Source of the DNA: Malacoraja senta
Lineage: Eukaryota
Direction of reading: 5' to 3'
DNA: 64,000 nucleotides
Assembly (NCBI GenBank): GCA_038087875.1
Contig: CM075995.1
Coordinates: forward strand, 3,226,001-3,290,000
Shown piece by piece: positions 1-13,919 of the stretch (position 1 is its first letter; each line of letters begins with the position of its first letter). The notes beneath the pieces are model-generated. The model was not told the DNA's origin and did not search any database. It saw nothing but the letters and a program-made list of their open reading frames with translations. The position numbers were made by a program, and so were the translations under genes.

Positions 1-56
1 AATTCACAGTGAATTTTCCATATAATAATGCAGACGCCACCATGTGTGACGCCAAT

Positions 57-398
57 TAGCTTAGTTTAGAGATATAGAGGTCCACAGAGACCGTGCCGAC
101 CGGCGATCCCCACACATTAACACTATCCCACACACACCAGGGGCAATTTTTTACATTTACCAAGCCAATTAACCTGCATACTTGTTATGTCTTTGGCGTG
201 TGGGGGGGAAACTGAAACATAGAAACATAGAAACATAGAAATTAGGTGCAGGAGAAGATCTCGGAGAAAACCCACGCAGGCCACGGGGAGAACGTACAAA
301 CTCCATACAGACAGCACCAGTAGTCGGGGATCGAACCCGAGTCTCCGGCGCTGCAAGCGCTGTAAGGCAGCAACTCTACCGCTGCGCCACCGTGCCGC
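57..398 (-). mobile_element. HE1-like SINE
   Basis: Same consensus; a short CR1 tail is inserted at ~215-252. Confidence 0.85.
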
Positions 399-1157
399 AT
401 TAAATTGAGTTCAGAGTCCGGATTCCCACGTGTTCATTCTATCGGAGCGACTCCCGATCCCCTCCGTCGCGCACGACCCTCTCGGTCCGCGAACCATCTC
501 GACGACCATCTTGTGTCCCGGGGGCAATGTCCTACAGTCAAGGATCAAGAAGTGATAGTGTTACCATTGAATTATGAGTGACACCAACTTGTTTGCCTTT
601 TACCAATCTGATGTAATGTCTCCTTATCCTAATTTCTCTGATCAGATAGAGTCATACAGAGCGGAAACAGGCTCTTTGGCCCAACCTTTCCACGCCGGCC
701 AACATGTCCCATCTACACTAGTCCCACTTGCCTGTGTTTGGTCCATATCCCTCTAAACCTGTCCTATCCATGTACCTGTCCAATTGTTTTCTGAAACATC
801 GTTTTAAACATTGGCGATGTTTAACATTGGCGAAGTAGAGTTGCTACTTTGCAGCGCAGAGACCCTGGGTTCAATCCTAACTACGGGTGCTGTTGGCACG
901 GTGTTTGTACATTCTCCTCGTGACCTGCACGGGTTTTCTCTGAGAACTTTGGTTTCCCTCCCACACTCCAAAGACGTATAGGGTTGTAGGTTAATTGGTT
1001 TGGTATAAATGTAAAAATTGTCCCGAGCGGGCTAAAGGGCCTGTTTCCGCACAGTATCTCTAAACTAAACTATACTCTTGCCTTTCCTTGTGATTCAGAC
1101 CTCTGACCATAAGCACCATCCTTACATTTCTAGATACTACCTCCAGGATGTACAGAG

Positions 1158-1554
1158 CGGAATGGTACCATTCGGCGCCGCCGTTTTGGCGCTGCCATTT
1201 GGGCGCCGCCGTTTCGGCGCCTCCGTTTCGGGGTGTTAGAGTTAGGGTCAGGGTATGGGTTTAGGGTATGGGTTAGGGTTAGGGTACCACAGCGGTGGGC
1301 CAGTGGAAACCAATTTCCAAACTTGTTAACATAAAGCTGATCTCACTTGCAATATCCTTGGCATAGGAACTTCTTGCAGAGGGTGATGAATCTCTGGAAT
1401 TCACTATCCCGGAGTATTGTGATGCATGGAACACTTTTATTTATATGGAGGTATTTACAGAGGTTAGGGTTAGGGTTATGAGTACAGATATAATAAACAG
1501 AGGCGCCGGAAACAGCGGCACCGGAACGGCAGCGCCTGAAACGTACCCGACCCG
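1158..1554. mobile_element. Unclassified MITE with CpG-rich subterminal repeats and internal TTAGGG tracts
   Basis: Flanking direct repeat TACAGAG (1151-1157, 1555-1561); CGG...CCG ends; GGCGCCGCCGTTTC-type repeats inverted between the two ends. Confidence 0.7.
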
Positions 1555-2597
1555 TACAGAGAACTTGAACATTTCAGGTGACAAGACTAAAGCTAGTGTT
1601 GGACGAATACATCAGATCAGGCAACATCTATGGCGGAAATGGATGGACGATGTTTCAGGTCACGACCCTTCTTCAGACTGATAGTCGTAGGGGGAGAAAG
1701 CTGGAAAAGAGAGGTGGCAGCAGTACAAAGCCTGGCAGGTTTGTCTTGTCATTTGACAGGAGGAAGTGGATTCCTGCTCTCACTATTGCAGATGCTGCTT
1801 TAAACTGAAGATAGACATAAAATGCTGGAGCAACTCAGCGGGGCAGGCAGCATCTCTGGAGCGAAGGACTGGATGACATTTTGGGTTGAAAACTTTCTTC
1901 AGGCTGTGTGACTATTGTTCACTTTTGTGAGATGGTTTTAGGATTAGGTTTATTAATGTCACGTGTACCGAAGTACAGTGAAATTATTTATTTGCCTGCC
2001 ATCCAACCACGTCAGATAATACTATATATAAATACAACCAAATCAAACTCCCGTGGAATCTTATAACTTTGAATAAAGTCAACTCTGATTCTACTAAACA
2101 CCAAGAAATACAGTCCTGAACTACTATCTACCTCTGTTGACACACAGACTACTTTTGATCGGACTTTACTGGCTTTGCCTTGCACTAAACATTATTCCCT
2201 TATCATGTATCTGTACACTATGAATGGATCGATTGTGATCATGTATTGTCTTTCCGATGACTGGTTAGCACGCAACAAAAAGCAACATAAGCTTTTCACT
2301 GTACCTCGGTACACGTGACAGTAAACTGAACAGAACTGAACTGAACAGCTTAGTCCCCCTTGCAGAATTTTGCATGAATGTAAAATTCGCCCATTCTGCG
2401 ACAAGTGAAAATCGCCGACTGAAAAATACATTTTAGTTCAATAGACAATAGACAATGGACAATAGATGCGGTAGACATTCGACCCTTCGAGCCAGCACCG
2501 CCATTCACTGTGTTCATGGCTGATGATCCACAACCAGAGCCCGTTCCTGCCTTCTCCCCATATTCCTTGACTCTGCTATCTTTAAGAGCTCTATCCA

Positions 2598-2892
2598 AAG
2601 GGGCTGTCCCACTTGGGCGACCTAATTGGCGAGGTTAGAAGAGTTTGAAAAAATGACATGTTGAAGAACTCCGTCGACCTCCTTTGACTATGTTGAAGAC
2701 CAGCTTCGATTAGCTACGCCTAGCAACGACTAACTTCGGGAAAATTGGACACCGAATAGTGGAGAGTGAAGACGACCTCCTTCGATCTCCTTCGATCTCC
2801 TTTGACCTTCCTTTGACTATGATGAAGACTATCTACGACCACCTTCGACTACCTTCGACTACCTTCGATTATGCTCGATTACCTACGACTAA
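2598..2892. mobile_element. One-ended Harbinger-like MITE fragment
   Basis: AGGGGCTGTCCCAC terminus resembles 47902; degenerate CTTCGAC(TAC) repeats. Confidence 0.5.
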
Positions 2893-3167
2893 ACTGTGGC
2901 CCCTGGTTCTGGACTCCCCCAACATCAGGAACATGTTTCCTGCCTCTAGCGTGTCCAAACCCTTAGCATGTTCAGTTTTTTGTCACGTGTATCGAGGTAC
3001 AGTGAAAAGCTTTTGTTGCGTGCTAACCAGTCAGCGGAAAGACGATACATGATTACAATCGAGCCATCCATAAGTACAGGTATTTCATAATGGAAGAACT
3101 TTTAATGCAAGATAAAGCCCATAAGGTCTGATCAACGATTGTCCAAGGGTAGACAGCAGTTCAGAAC

Positions 3168-3862
3168 TGTGTAGGAAGGATCTGCAGATGCTGGTTTAAA
3201 CCGAAGATAGACACAAAAAGCTGGACTGACTCAGCGGGACAGGCAACATCTCTGGAGAGAAGGAATGGGTGACCTTTTGGGTTGAGACCCTTCTTCAGAC
3301 TGATGTCAGGGGAGTGGGCGGTACATAGATAAGGAAGTGTTCAAGGAAGTGTAAGGTGTGAAAACAGGCCCAAGGTAACGGAGATCTAGGAAAATGTTGA
3401 ATAGATTCATTGTTAGTTGGGGAAAGGTAACACCAAAGCAAACAGAGATAAAATGTTCTAGGTGTCAACTGCTCTATATCGGTGAGACAAAGCGCAGGCT
3501 TGGCGATCGCTTCGCCGAACACCTCCGCTCAGTTCGCAATAACCAACCTGATTTCTCGGTGGCTCAGCACTTCAACTCCCCCTCCCATTCCGAATCCGAC
3601 CTTTCTGTCCTGGGCCTCCTCCATGGCCAGAGTGAGTCCCACCGCAAACGGGAGGAGCAGCACTTCATATTTCGCTTGGGTAGTTTACACCCCAGCAGTA
3701 TGAACATTGACTTCTCCAATTTCAGGCAGTCCTTGCTTTCTCCCCCCTTCCCCTTACCTTTCCAGCTCTCCCGCAGCCTACTTTCTCCGCCTTTTCCTTT
3801 CTTCTTCCCGCCCCCCAACCCCCACATCAGTCTGAAGAAGGGTCTCAACCCGAAACTTCACC
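3168..3862. mobile_element. Penelope-like element fragment: inverted terminal repeat plus GIY-YIG C-terminus
   Basis: CSRCQLLYIGETKRRLGDRFAEH...VAQHFN...EQHFIFRLGSLHPSSMN on plus (3455-3730); terminal repeat in opposite orientations at the two ends. Confidence 0.85.
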
Positions 3863-4254
3863 CAAGTTTCAAGTTCAAGACTACTGTCTAGTTGTGTTCT
3901 CTAGTTTTGCTGCTTCAGCAACAGGAGTTATGCCCCTTTGATATTACTGTGCTGCTGGTACTTGCATATTGCCCTTTAAACCAGCAGTGTGGCATATTGG
4001 AGGCACGGCTGTGTTTTCTCATGAACTTTGATGCTCATAACTATTTGCAGGTCGACATCAACATCGCAATAATGTAATCAGGTCTGACAACACCCAGTGT
4101 AATATCAGTTGACTGGAAAATCAGCTTACACTGCTTATCACTGTAATTAAGAAGGGATGAGATTGCTCTAAATGACTGATATACCAGCAGTGGAATTCTA
4201 CTCTGATAATTCACAATCGTACTGTATGTGGGAAACATTAGCAACACTTTGCAA

Positions 4255-4570
4255 ATTTAGTTTAGTTTAGTTTAGAGATACATCACGGAAACAGGCCCTT
4301 CGTCCCACGGGGTCCGCGCCGACCAGTAATCCCCGCGCATTAACACTATCCTACCCACGCTCGGGACAATTTTTACATTTTACCAAGCCAATTTACCTAC
4401 AAGCCTGTACGTCTTTGAAGTGTGGGAGGAAGCCGAAGGTCTCGGGAGAAAACCCACGCAGGTCATGGGGAGAACGTACAAACTCCGTACAGACAGCACC
4501 CGTAGTCGGAATCGAACCTGGGTCTCCGGCGCTGTAAGGCAGCAACTGTACCGCTGCGCCACCCTGCCGC
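4255..4570 (-). mobile_element. HE1-like SINE
   Basis: Same consensus with (TTTAG)n tail on plus. Confidence 0.88.
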
Positions 4571-5290
4571 CCCCAATGACATGGCAATTTCCAATGCCCC
4601 AAGTAAAAACATAAGCCAGCAAAATGGGATGATTCAATATAAATGTATCCTGCTAACATGAAATAAGATACAAAATCAATGATCAGAGGTATACATAGGA
4701 TAGTGTAGTTTTTAGTTTTAGTTTAGTTTGGAGATGCAGGGCGGAAAGAGGCCCTTCAGCCCACCAAGTCCGCGCCGACCAGTGACTCCCCACACTAACA
4801 CTATCCTACGCACACTCGTGACAATTTATAATTATACCATGCCAATTAGCCTACAAAACTTTTTGTCTTTGAAGTGTAGGAGGAAACTGGAGGATCCGGA
4901 GAAAACCCACGCTGGTCATAAGGAATAGGACTGGAATTAGGCTATTTGACCCAATAAGCCTACTCCAGCATTCAATATTGGCTGATCTATCTCACCCTCC
5001 TAATCCCATTCTTCTGCCTTCTCCCCATAACCTCTGTCACCTGTACTAATTCTATCTATCTATCTATCTATCTATCTATGTATATATCTACCTATCTATC
5101 TATCTATCCATCTATCTATCTATCTATCTATCTATCGTAAAAACATAAGCCAGCTAAATGGGATGATTCAATATATGTCTCCTGCTAACATGAAATAAGA
5201 TACAAAGAAGGGTTTTGACCCGAAACGTTGCCCATTTCCTTCGCTCCCTAGATGCTGCCTCACCCGCTGAGTTTCTCCAGCATTTTTGTC

Positions 5291-5494
5291 TATCCATCTA
5301 TCCATCTATCCATCTATCCATCTATCCATCTATCCATCTATCCATCTATCCATCTATCCATCTATCCATCTATCCATCTATCCATCTATCCATCTATCCA
5401 TCTATCCATCTATCCATCTATCCATCTATCCATCTATCCATCTATCCATCTATCCATCTATCCATCTATCCATCTATCCATCTATCCATCCATC
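5291..5494. repeat. (TATCCATC)n microsatellite; (TATC)n also at 5051-5135
   Basis: Seen directly. Confidence 0.98.
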
Positions 5495-7606
5495 TCTGCC
5501 TTAAAAATATCCACTGACGGCCTCCACAGCCTTCTGTGGCAAAGAATTCCACCACTCTCTGACTAAAGAAATGTCTCCTCTTCTCCTTCCTAAAAGAACA
5601 TCCTTTAATTCTGAGGCTACTACTTCAAGTTCTACACTCTCCCACTAATTGAAACATTGGTGGTCACGGGGTGAATGTAGAAACTCCGCACAGTCAGCAC
5701 TTGTAGTCAGGATCGAACCTGGGTCTCTGGCACTCTGAGGCAGTAGCTCTACCGCTGCGCCACCCCCTGACTGAGTCAGAATCTTTTTCCTATGTTAAAT
5801 ACTGGAGGGCATAGCTTTAAGGGCAGTGGGGCAACGTTTAAAAGATATATATGAGACAAGTTTTATTTCGACAGGGATTGGTGGGTGCCTGGAATGTGTC
5901 AGGGCTGGAAATGGAAACAGATATGATAGTGGTGTCAAAGAGACATGTTGACAGCACACAAACAGGCAAGAAATGGAATGATATTGATCATGTACGGCTG
6001 ATAGGACTAGTTTATTTTGGCATCATGTTCTGCACAGACACTAGGAGGGAGAGAGGGTTAGGAGGGAGATAGTTCAGCCATGATTGAATGGTGCAGTGGT
6101 CGATGGGCTGAATGGCCTAATTCTGCTCCTATCATTTATGATATTATGACATTGTGGGCTGAAGGGCCTGTTCCTGTGCTGTACTGTTTGATGCTCTATG
6201 TTCCATCCGATGGAGATTTCGTTGTGTGATAAGTTCATCGGAGCAGAATTAGACCATTCGGCCCATCAAGTCTACTCCACCATCAAATCGTGGCTGATCT
6301 AACTTTCCCTCTCAACCCCATTCTCCTGCCTTCCCCCCATAACCCCTGACACCTGTATTAATCAAGAATCTATCTATCTCTGCCTTAAAAATATCTATTG
6401 ACTTGGCTTCCACAGCCTTCTGTGGAAACTTGAGGGGTAACTTTTTTACAGAAAGGGTGGTGGGCATATGGAACGAGCTGCCGGAGGAGGTGGTTGAGGT
6501 AGGTACTATTGCAATGTTTAAGAAACATTTAGACAGGCTAGAATCGATTCAGAGGGATTGGGCCAAACACAGGCAGTTGGACTAGTGTAGATGGGATATG
6601 TTGGTCGGTGTGGGCAGAGGGGCCTGTTTCCACGTTTTATGCCTATGACTCTATTACATCTTTGACCCCTTCACCTTCTGTCGTACTATCATCTTTGCAA
6701 CCCATTTGACAGTTTTGGTGCCCTGAAGTGGACTCATTACCTCTGCCGAAGGTAGACACAAAAAGCTGGAGTAACTCAACGGGACAGGCAGCATCTCTGG
6801 AATGTGTGACGTTTCGGGTTGAGACCCTCCTTTCTTCTGAAACGCCACCCATTCCTTCTCTCCAGAGATGCTGCCTGTCCCGCTGAGTTACTCCAGATTT
6901 TTGTGTCTATCTTCGGTTTAAACCAGTATCTGCGTATCCTTCTTACTCATCACCTCAGCCGATCATCTTCTTTCTTCCTCTCCGTTCCGTCAGCAAGGCA
7001 TAGACTTGACACTCTCAAGAAGTTCCTCGGTTTTGACCGTGAGCTGAACTTGCAAATAATCCCACCGCCACATGAATAATCAACGGCTATAAACAAGTGA
7101 TTCTTCACAGCAGGGGTTACAGCTGGGGTTTTAGGAGAAGCAGGCAAAGAGAATATTTCTTTGTGCACCATCTTTGCAGCTGTGGCTTATCTCCACATTT
7201 CTGTGCTTGACATTTTCTGGTAAATTTCAGTTTGCGACACTCAAAATATCTTATTGAATAATTCCTTTTACCAGATAAAACTCTGGTATTAATTTAGTGT
7301 CATTCAGACAGTGACAATGCTTGTGAATTTAGTGACGGTGCTGTAATTAATAGTGGATCACACACCTTATTGTGCACTTCATGCATATTACACATGTTTG
7401 CTTACATATTTATCTAATTTGGGGTTAGTCTTGGGTTAGAAACATAGAAACAAAGAAAATAGGTGCAGGAGGAGGCCATTCGGCCCTTCGAGCCAGCACC
7501 GCCATTCATTGTGATCATGGCTGATCGTCCCCAATCAATAACCCGTGCCTGCCTTCTCCCCATATCCCTTGATTCCACTAGCCCCTGGAGCTCTATCTAA
7601 CTTAAT

Positions 7607-10600
7607 TTTTCGCCACCTTAGGTGGCTATTTGTCTTTAATGTATCTTTTCTTAGATACCTTAACTTCACTTTTCTTTTTAAATCACTATACAAATTTGTA
7701 TTTGCTTAGTTTTTTTGTAATCAACTTTAAATCACAATTTTTCTTTCTTTATCTAAGATACTTTTGGAGAAGGAGATGTAATATAAACTTAAAAACTTGG
7801 GATGACCACACAACACCCTGAGGTATTGTTGGCACCATATGATTCAAGAATACTATTTTGATATACAATGCAAGACGATATACAAATAAAGAATGGAGGA
7901 ATCACATTCTGTAGTTGGAATATAAGGGGTGCCAATGAACCAATAAAGAGGGGTAACATTTTTGCTCACCTAAAATCTTTGAAAAGCGACATAATTTTTT
8001 TGCAAGAAACCCACATGAAACAGCAAACACAAATGAGATTAAAGGCGAAGTGGATAGGTCAAACATATTATTCGTCATTTACTTCTAAATCTAGAGGTAC
8101 GGCTATTCTTATTCGAAAAGGTATACCTTTCAAATTAAAGAATACTATATCAGATAAAGAGGGAAGGTACATTATAGTTTCGGGAGAAATTTATGTAACC
8201 CCAATAACTATGATAAATATTTACGCCCCGAATTTTGATAACCCCCAATTTTTTGATAAAATTATAGATATAATATTAGAGTTTAATTACCAAAATGTGA
8301 TAATAGGGGGGGATTTCAACTGTGTTTTAGATCCATACTTAGACAAATCAGTAAAACAAAGGAGGAGTAATTTAAAATCTAAGACTAGTGAACTTCTAAA
8401 TACATATATAAAAAACACTAATATAACAGATGTATGGAGATCTGGCAATCCAGTAGGAAGGGAATATTCGTTTTACTCTTCGGTACATAAAACTTATTCA
8501 AGAATTGATTATTTTTTAGTGGATAGGAAATTAATGCCATATACAATTAATCCAACATACCACATTAGTAGTATTTCTGATCACTCTCCGTTGACTTTTT
8601 CAGTAAAATATGAGGGAATGCCGGGTAAAAACCTTTTTTGGAGGTTTAATACACATATTTTAAATGACTTACAAGGTTATCAATACTTAAAACAACAAAT
8701 GAAATTATTTTTTGAGATAAATGATACACCAGGTACCTCGCCTTCTTTACTATGGGAAACTTTTAAAGCATTAATTAGAGGAATTATAATTTCATACAAA
8801 ATTTTTCAAAATAAAAAGAATAAAACAGAACAAATGTTGATAGAACAAGAAATTAGACAGTTAGAGTTAGATAATGCTAAAGACTCCACTATAGATAAAC
8901 ATAATAAGATAATATTACTGAAATTTAAACTTAATCGAATTCTTTCGGCAAGAGTAATAAGATTATTCCAAATTACAAAACAGGAACATATTGAGTTTGG
9001 TGACAAACCACATAAGCTGTTAGCGCGCCAACTGAAAAAACAAGAAAAAGAAAATACTATAAATAAAATTAAATCAGAGAATGGTGAATTACTAATACTA
9101 CCTAAAGATATTAATAAAAGATTTGCTCAATTTTATCAAAATTTATATACATCAAAAACTAAAACAGAAGATAGTAAAATTAATTTTTTTTTAGATAATT
9201 GTAATCTTCCAAAACTTGACCTTTTGGAACAAGAGGAACTCGGAGCGCAAATTACAATCGAAGAAATAGGTGAAACAATAAAATCGTTGAAAAATGGTAA
9301 GACACCGGGACCAGATGGTTTTAGTAATGAATTTTATAAAAAATTTCATGAGATAACGACTCCCTATTTATTTAATTTATATACTCACGCTTTTAAAGAA
9401 AATAAACTACCTGAAGCATTAGCAGAATCAACTATTACGCTTATTCCAAAAAAAGATAAAGATCTAGAGGACCCGGGCTCATATAGAGCTATATCACTTT
9501 TAAATACAGATCAGAACATTTTAGCAAAGACTTTAGCCAGAAGACTAAGCAAATATATTAGTAAATTGATAAACCCTGATCAAACGGGGTTGATACTCAA
9601 AAGATATTTATTTAATAATTTGAGATGCTTATTTAATATAATGTACTCATATAAAGTGGAGGAAGAAGATATATCAATTATTTCTTTGGACACAAAGAAA
9701 GCATTTGATCAGGTAGAATGGCAATATTTATACAGAGTATTACAAAAATTTAATATGGGAGAGAATTTTATTACATGGGTCAAATTATTATATGATAAAC
9801 CGATGGCAAGAATATTAACTAATAATATGTTATCTCAAAAATTTCAATTATCAAGGGGTAATAGGCAGGGATGTGCTTTATCACCCCTACTATTCGCCCT
9901 TATGATAGAACCTTTGGCTGAAAGTATAAGAAGTCATCTGAATATTCAGGGTTATAATACTAGGGACTCAAATAATAAAATTTCATTATATGCAGACGAT
10001 ATTCTGTTATATATAACAAACTCACAAACGAGCATACCAAATGTATTAAACTTAATAGAGGAATTTGGGTCCTTTTCTGGATATAGAATAAATTGGAACA
10101 AAAGTGAAATCATGACGTTAAAACCTCAAGAATCTACACACTTACTGAAGTTCCCCTTTAAAATAGCAACAGAAAAATTTAAATATCTGGGTATTCAGAT
10201 TAATAGAAAACATAAAGCTTTATTCAATGCCAATTTTATACCTTTAATAAACAAACTTAATATAATGATTAAATTTTGGAAAACACTTCCTTTATCATTA
10301 ATAGGTAGAATAAACGCTATAAAAATGATCTTTCTACCACAGTTATTATACCTATTTCAATCTATACCAGTATATGTACCAAAATATTAAAACAAAAATT
10401 TAAACTCTAATATTACTAATTTTGTTTGGGATTATAAATCACATAGAATTAAAAATGAACACTTATGTAAACCAAAAGATGTCGGGGAACTTTCACTCCC
10501 GAATTTTCTGTATTATTATTGGGCAATACATATTAAGAATATAATTTACTGGTTGGATAGTTCTACCCAACAGACAGAATGGATAAAAATGGAGAAAGAG

Positions 10601-11996
10601 GATTGTTTTCCTTGTAATATAGGAACGATCCTCTTCTCCCCGAAAAAAATGAACAATACAATATATAAGAATAACCCAATTATACAGGATACAATAAGAA
10701 TATGGAAACAAATAAAATTATCCTTAAAATTAAGAAACCTATCATTGTTAACACCAATAGCAAATAATCCTTTATTTAAACCATCTCTTATAGACAAAAT
10801 ATATAATCAATGGGAAAGTTTAGGAATGAAAAGGATCGGGGATATGTATGAAATGGGAGATTTACTATCATTTCAACAATTACAATTAAAATTTAAATTG
10901 AAAAACAATCATTATTTTAAATATCTTCAGATTTGCGATTTCTTGAAGACATACATACAAGGATATCAAAAAATAACTCCTGATTTATTGGAAGAAGCAA
11001 TGAATATTAAAGCTGATACACAAAAATTAATATCTATTTATATAATAGTATTTTAAATATAGATTTATCAGTGACAGAGGTACTTAGAGAAGAGTGGGAA
11101 CGGGAATTAATGATAAAAATTACGAAGGTTACATGGGAAAAGTATTTGACATACCTTCACAAATGTTCGATTAATGCAAGACATAATCTAATTCAATTTA
11201 AAATTTTACATAGATTATATTACTCAAAAACAAGATTAAATAAATTCTACCCAAATATATCCCCCCACTTGCGATAAATGTTTAACTCAAGATGCAACTA
11301 TAACACACTCTTTTGTTTCCTGTATAAAACTTTATAGATTTTGGAGTGATATTTTCGAAATATTCACAAAATTATTTAAGATAAAAATGGAACCTAATAA
11401 TGAATTGATTATATTTGGGGTAATGGAAGATGGGAATAAATTGAATCCATCTCAAAAATTATTTTTTAATAATGGTTTAATAATAGCAAAAAAATTAATA
11501 CTTAAATTTTGAAAAAATACACCAATACCAACGCTCAAAATGTGGATTGCAAGTATGTTGGACACCGCACATCTTGAGGAAATGCGATTCCTCCTAATAG
11601 ATAAATTTGACCAATTCATAACGAGTTGGTCTCCATTTGTCGTCTTTTTGGAATCATATGGTGCAACACAATTGTAAAAGCTAACTCGTGACTGGGCGAG
11701 GGATGGTCAAGATTATAAATAAGATCTCCTTACTTCTTTTTTCTTTTTCTTCCCTTTTCTTCTTTTCTTCTCTTTTTCCTATTTTCTATTCTTTAACTTT
11801 CTTCTTTCACTTTCTATTTTTCTTTTCCACACACTATATATCTCACATTTTTCTATACTTCATTATCTAATTTATTTTTATTTTTCTTCTTTATTATAAA
11901 AAATAAAAAAAGAAGCTGTACATAAAATGTATTATGAAAATATGATTGTATACAATTGTACTTACTTCTAATAAAATAAAAATATTTTAAAAAAAA
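7607..11996 (+). mobile_element. L1-clade LINE, 5'-truncated (no ORF1)
   Basis: ORF2 remnant, pyrimidine-rich 3' UTR, AATAAA and A-rich tail; probable TSD TAACTTAAT (7598-7606, 11997-12005). Confidence 0.9.
7868..11677 (+). pseudogene. L1 ORF2 (APE endonuclease, RT, CCHC); open for 840 aa, then a stop and frameshifts
   Basis: SWNIRG, LQETH, NIYAPN, GDFN, SRIDY, SDHSP; PGPDGF, RQGCALSP, YADD; downstream fragments 10553-11277 and the C-x2-C...H...C region. Confidence 0.93.
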
Positions 11997-12014
11997 TAAC
12001 TTAATCTTGAGGGC

Positions 12015-12316
12015 CAGCACAGTGGCGCAGCGTTAGAGTTGCTGCCGTACAGCGCCAGAAACCCGGGTTTGATCCTGACGACGGGTGCTGTCTGTACGGA
12101 GTGTTACGTTCTCTCCGTGACCTGCGTGGGTTTTCTCCAATAGCTCCAGTTTCCCCCCACACTCCAAAGAGGTACAGGTTTGTAGGTTAGTTTGCTTTGG
12201 TAAAATTGTAATTATCCCTAGTGTGTGTAGTTTAGTGTTAGTGTGCGGGGATCGCTGGTCGGCGCGGACTCAGTGGGCCGAAGGGCCTGTTTCCGCGCTG
12301 TATCTATAAACTAAAA
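12015..12316 (+). mobile_element. HE1-like SINE
   Basis: A and B boxes, core and tail. Confidence 0.88.
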
Positions 12317-12504
12317 TAATGAAACTAGTCACTCATGAGCTAAGTGATAGAAGCAGACATCAATCTAATCCCCAAGTAGAGGCGTCACTTAGATCACTCA
12401 GCTCTGTACCTCATCGACGTCCGGTCCGAACATGGACCAAAGAACTGAACTTCACGGATGAGGTGAGAGCGACTGCCCTTGACATCTGGACACCGTCTTT
12501 TCAT

Positions 12505-12812
12505 TTGGAGATACAGCGACGAAACAGGCCCTTCCGCCCACCGTGTCAATGCCGACCAGCGATCCCTGTACAGTAACACTACCCTACACACACCAGGAAC
12601 AATTTTACACCTACACCAAGCCAATTAACCTACAAACCTGTACGTCTTTGGAGCGTGGGAGGAAACCGAAGATCTCGGAGAAAACCCATATGTTCACGGG
12701 GAAAACGTACAAACTCCGTACAGACAGCACCCATAGTTGGGATCGAACCTGGGTCTTGGGTGCTACAAGCGCTGTGAGGCAGCAACTCTACCGCTGCACC
12801 ACCATGCCGCCC
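12505..12812 (-). mobile_element. HE1-like SINE
   Basis: Same consensus, inverted relative to the copy at 12015. Confidence 0.88.
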
Positions 12813-13427
12813 TATCGGACTGAGTGTGGCATCAAGGAACCCTGGTATTGTGCATAAAACCATGGGTGGAATAGATAGGGTGAATGCACAGAGTCTTTTA
12901 TTCAGGGTAGTGGAATTAGAAACCAGAGGCCATAGGTTTAGGTGAGAGGGGCAAGATTTAATAGGAACCTGAGGGACAACTTTTTCACTCAGAAGTTGTG
13001 GGTTTATGGAAAGAGCTGCCAGAGGAGATAGTTGAGGCAGGAACTATAACAACATTTAAAAGACACGTGGACAGGTACATGGATAGGAACAGTTTGCAGG
13101 GATATGGGCCAAACACAGGAAAATGGGACTAGCTCAGATGGGGCATGACTAGCTTAGATTGGTCAACATGGATGAGTTGGGCTGAAGGGCCTGTTTCTGG
13201 GCGTTATGACTCTCTAACTCGAGTAAACTGTGTTCATAAATTATACAAGCAGAATCAGCCTATCAAGTCTACTCCGCCATTCATTCGTGGCTGATCTATC
13301 TCCCCCTCTCAACCCAATTCTCATGCCTTTTTCCCATAACCCCTGACACGCGTACTAATCCAGAATCTGCCAATCTCCACCATTAGAATATCCATTGACT
13401 TGGCCTCCACAGCCTTCTGTGGCAATG

Positions 13428-13919
13428 AATTGAATTGAATTGAATTAAATACTTTATTGTCACCTGTGAGAAGTCACAGTTAAATTCTTTGCTTGCATCC
13501 CTGAGGTATACAAATAGTCGTCACATAAAGGGCGCTGACTAAGTTACAAAGTGTAACTTCCCCCTCCCCCATGGCGATCCCCCCACGCCGGGTCCTCCAT
13601 TGTTCTTCCCCCTCCCCCACGGCGGTCCCCACACGCTGGGTCCTCCTTTGTACCCGGTGGCGCAACATCCAGTTCCGTTCGACGCAGGCCCCTGCTGCGG
13701 GGCTCCGCCACCTTCTGTGCACATTCCGCCGCCTCCATTCCCGTCCGGTCTCTTCCATACACGCCCAGTTTTCCGAAGGAACCCAATGACCTCTGGGTGA
13801 GTTTGGCCGTCCGCCGAGCCTTTGGGGCCATCCGGGATGCATCAAGACCACAGCGCTCCGATAAAGGCTTCTGGCGCAGTTCCAGTGTGGCCGGAAGCCT
13901 TCTGCTGGCTCGGCGGGAA
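13428..13919 (-). mobile_element. Unclassified non-autonomous non-LTR element
   Basis: AATAAA and (CAATT)n tail on minus; GC-rich body; splits a CR1 fragment at GAATT. Confidence 0.55.

Noticed and set aside
1237..1478. True telomere or chromosome fusion site
   Set aside because: Only a few degenerate TTAGGG units, all in one orientation, inside a TSD-flanked element.
5215..5566. Repetitive ORFs (also 35748-36366, 44085-45059, 52223-52787, 56058-56653)
   Set aside because: Translations of micro- and minisatellites or low-complexity DNA.
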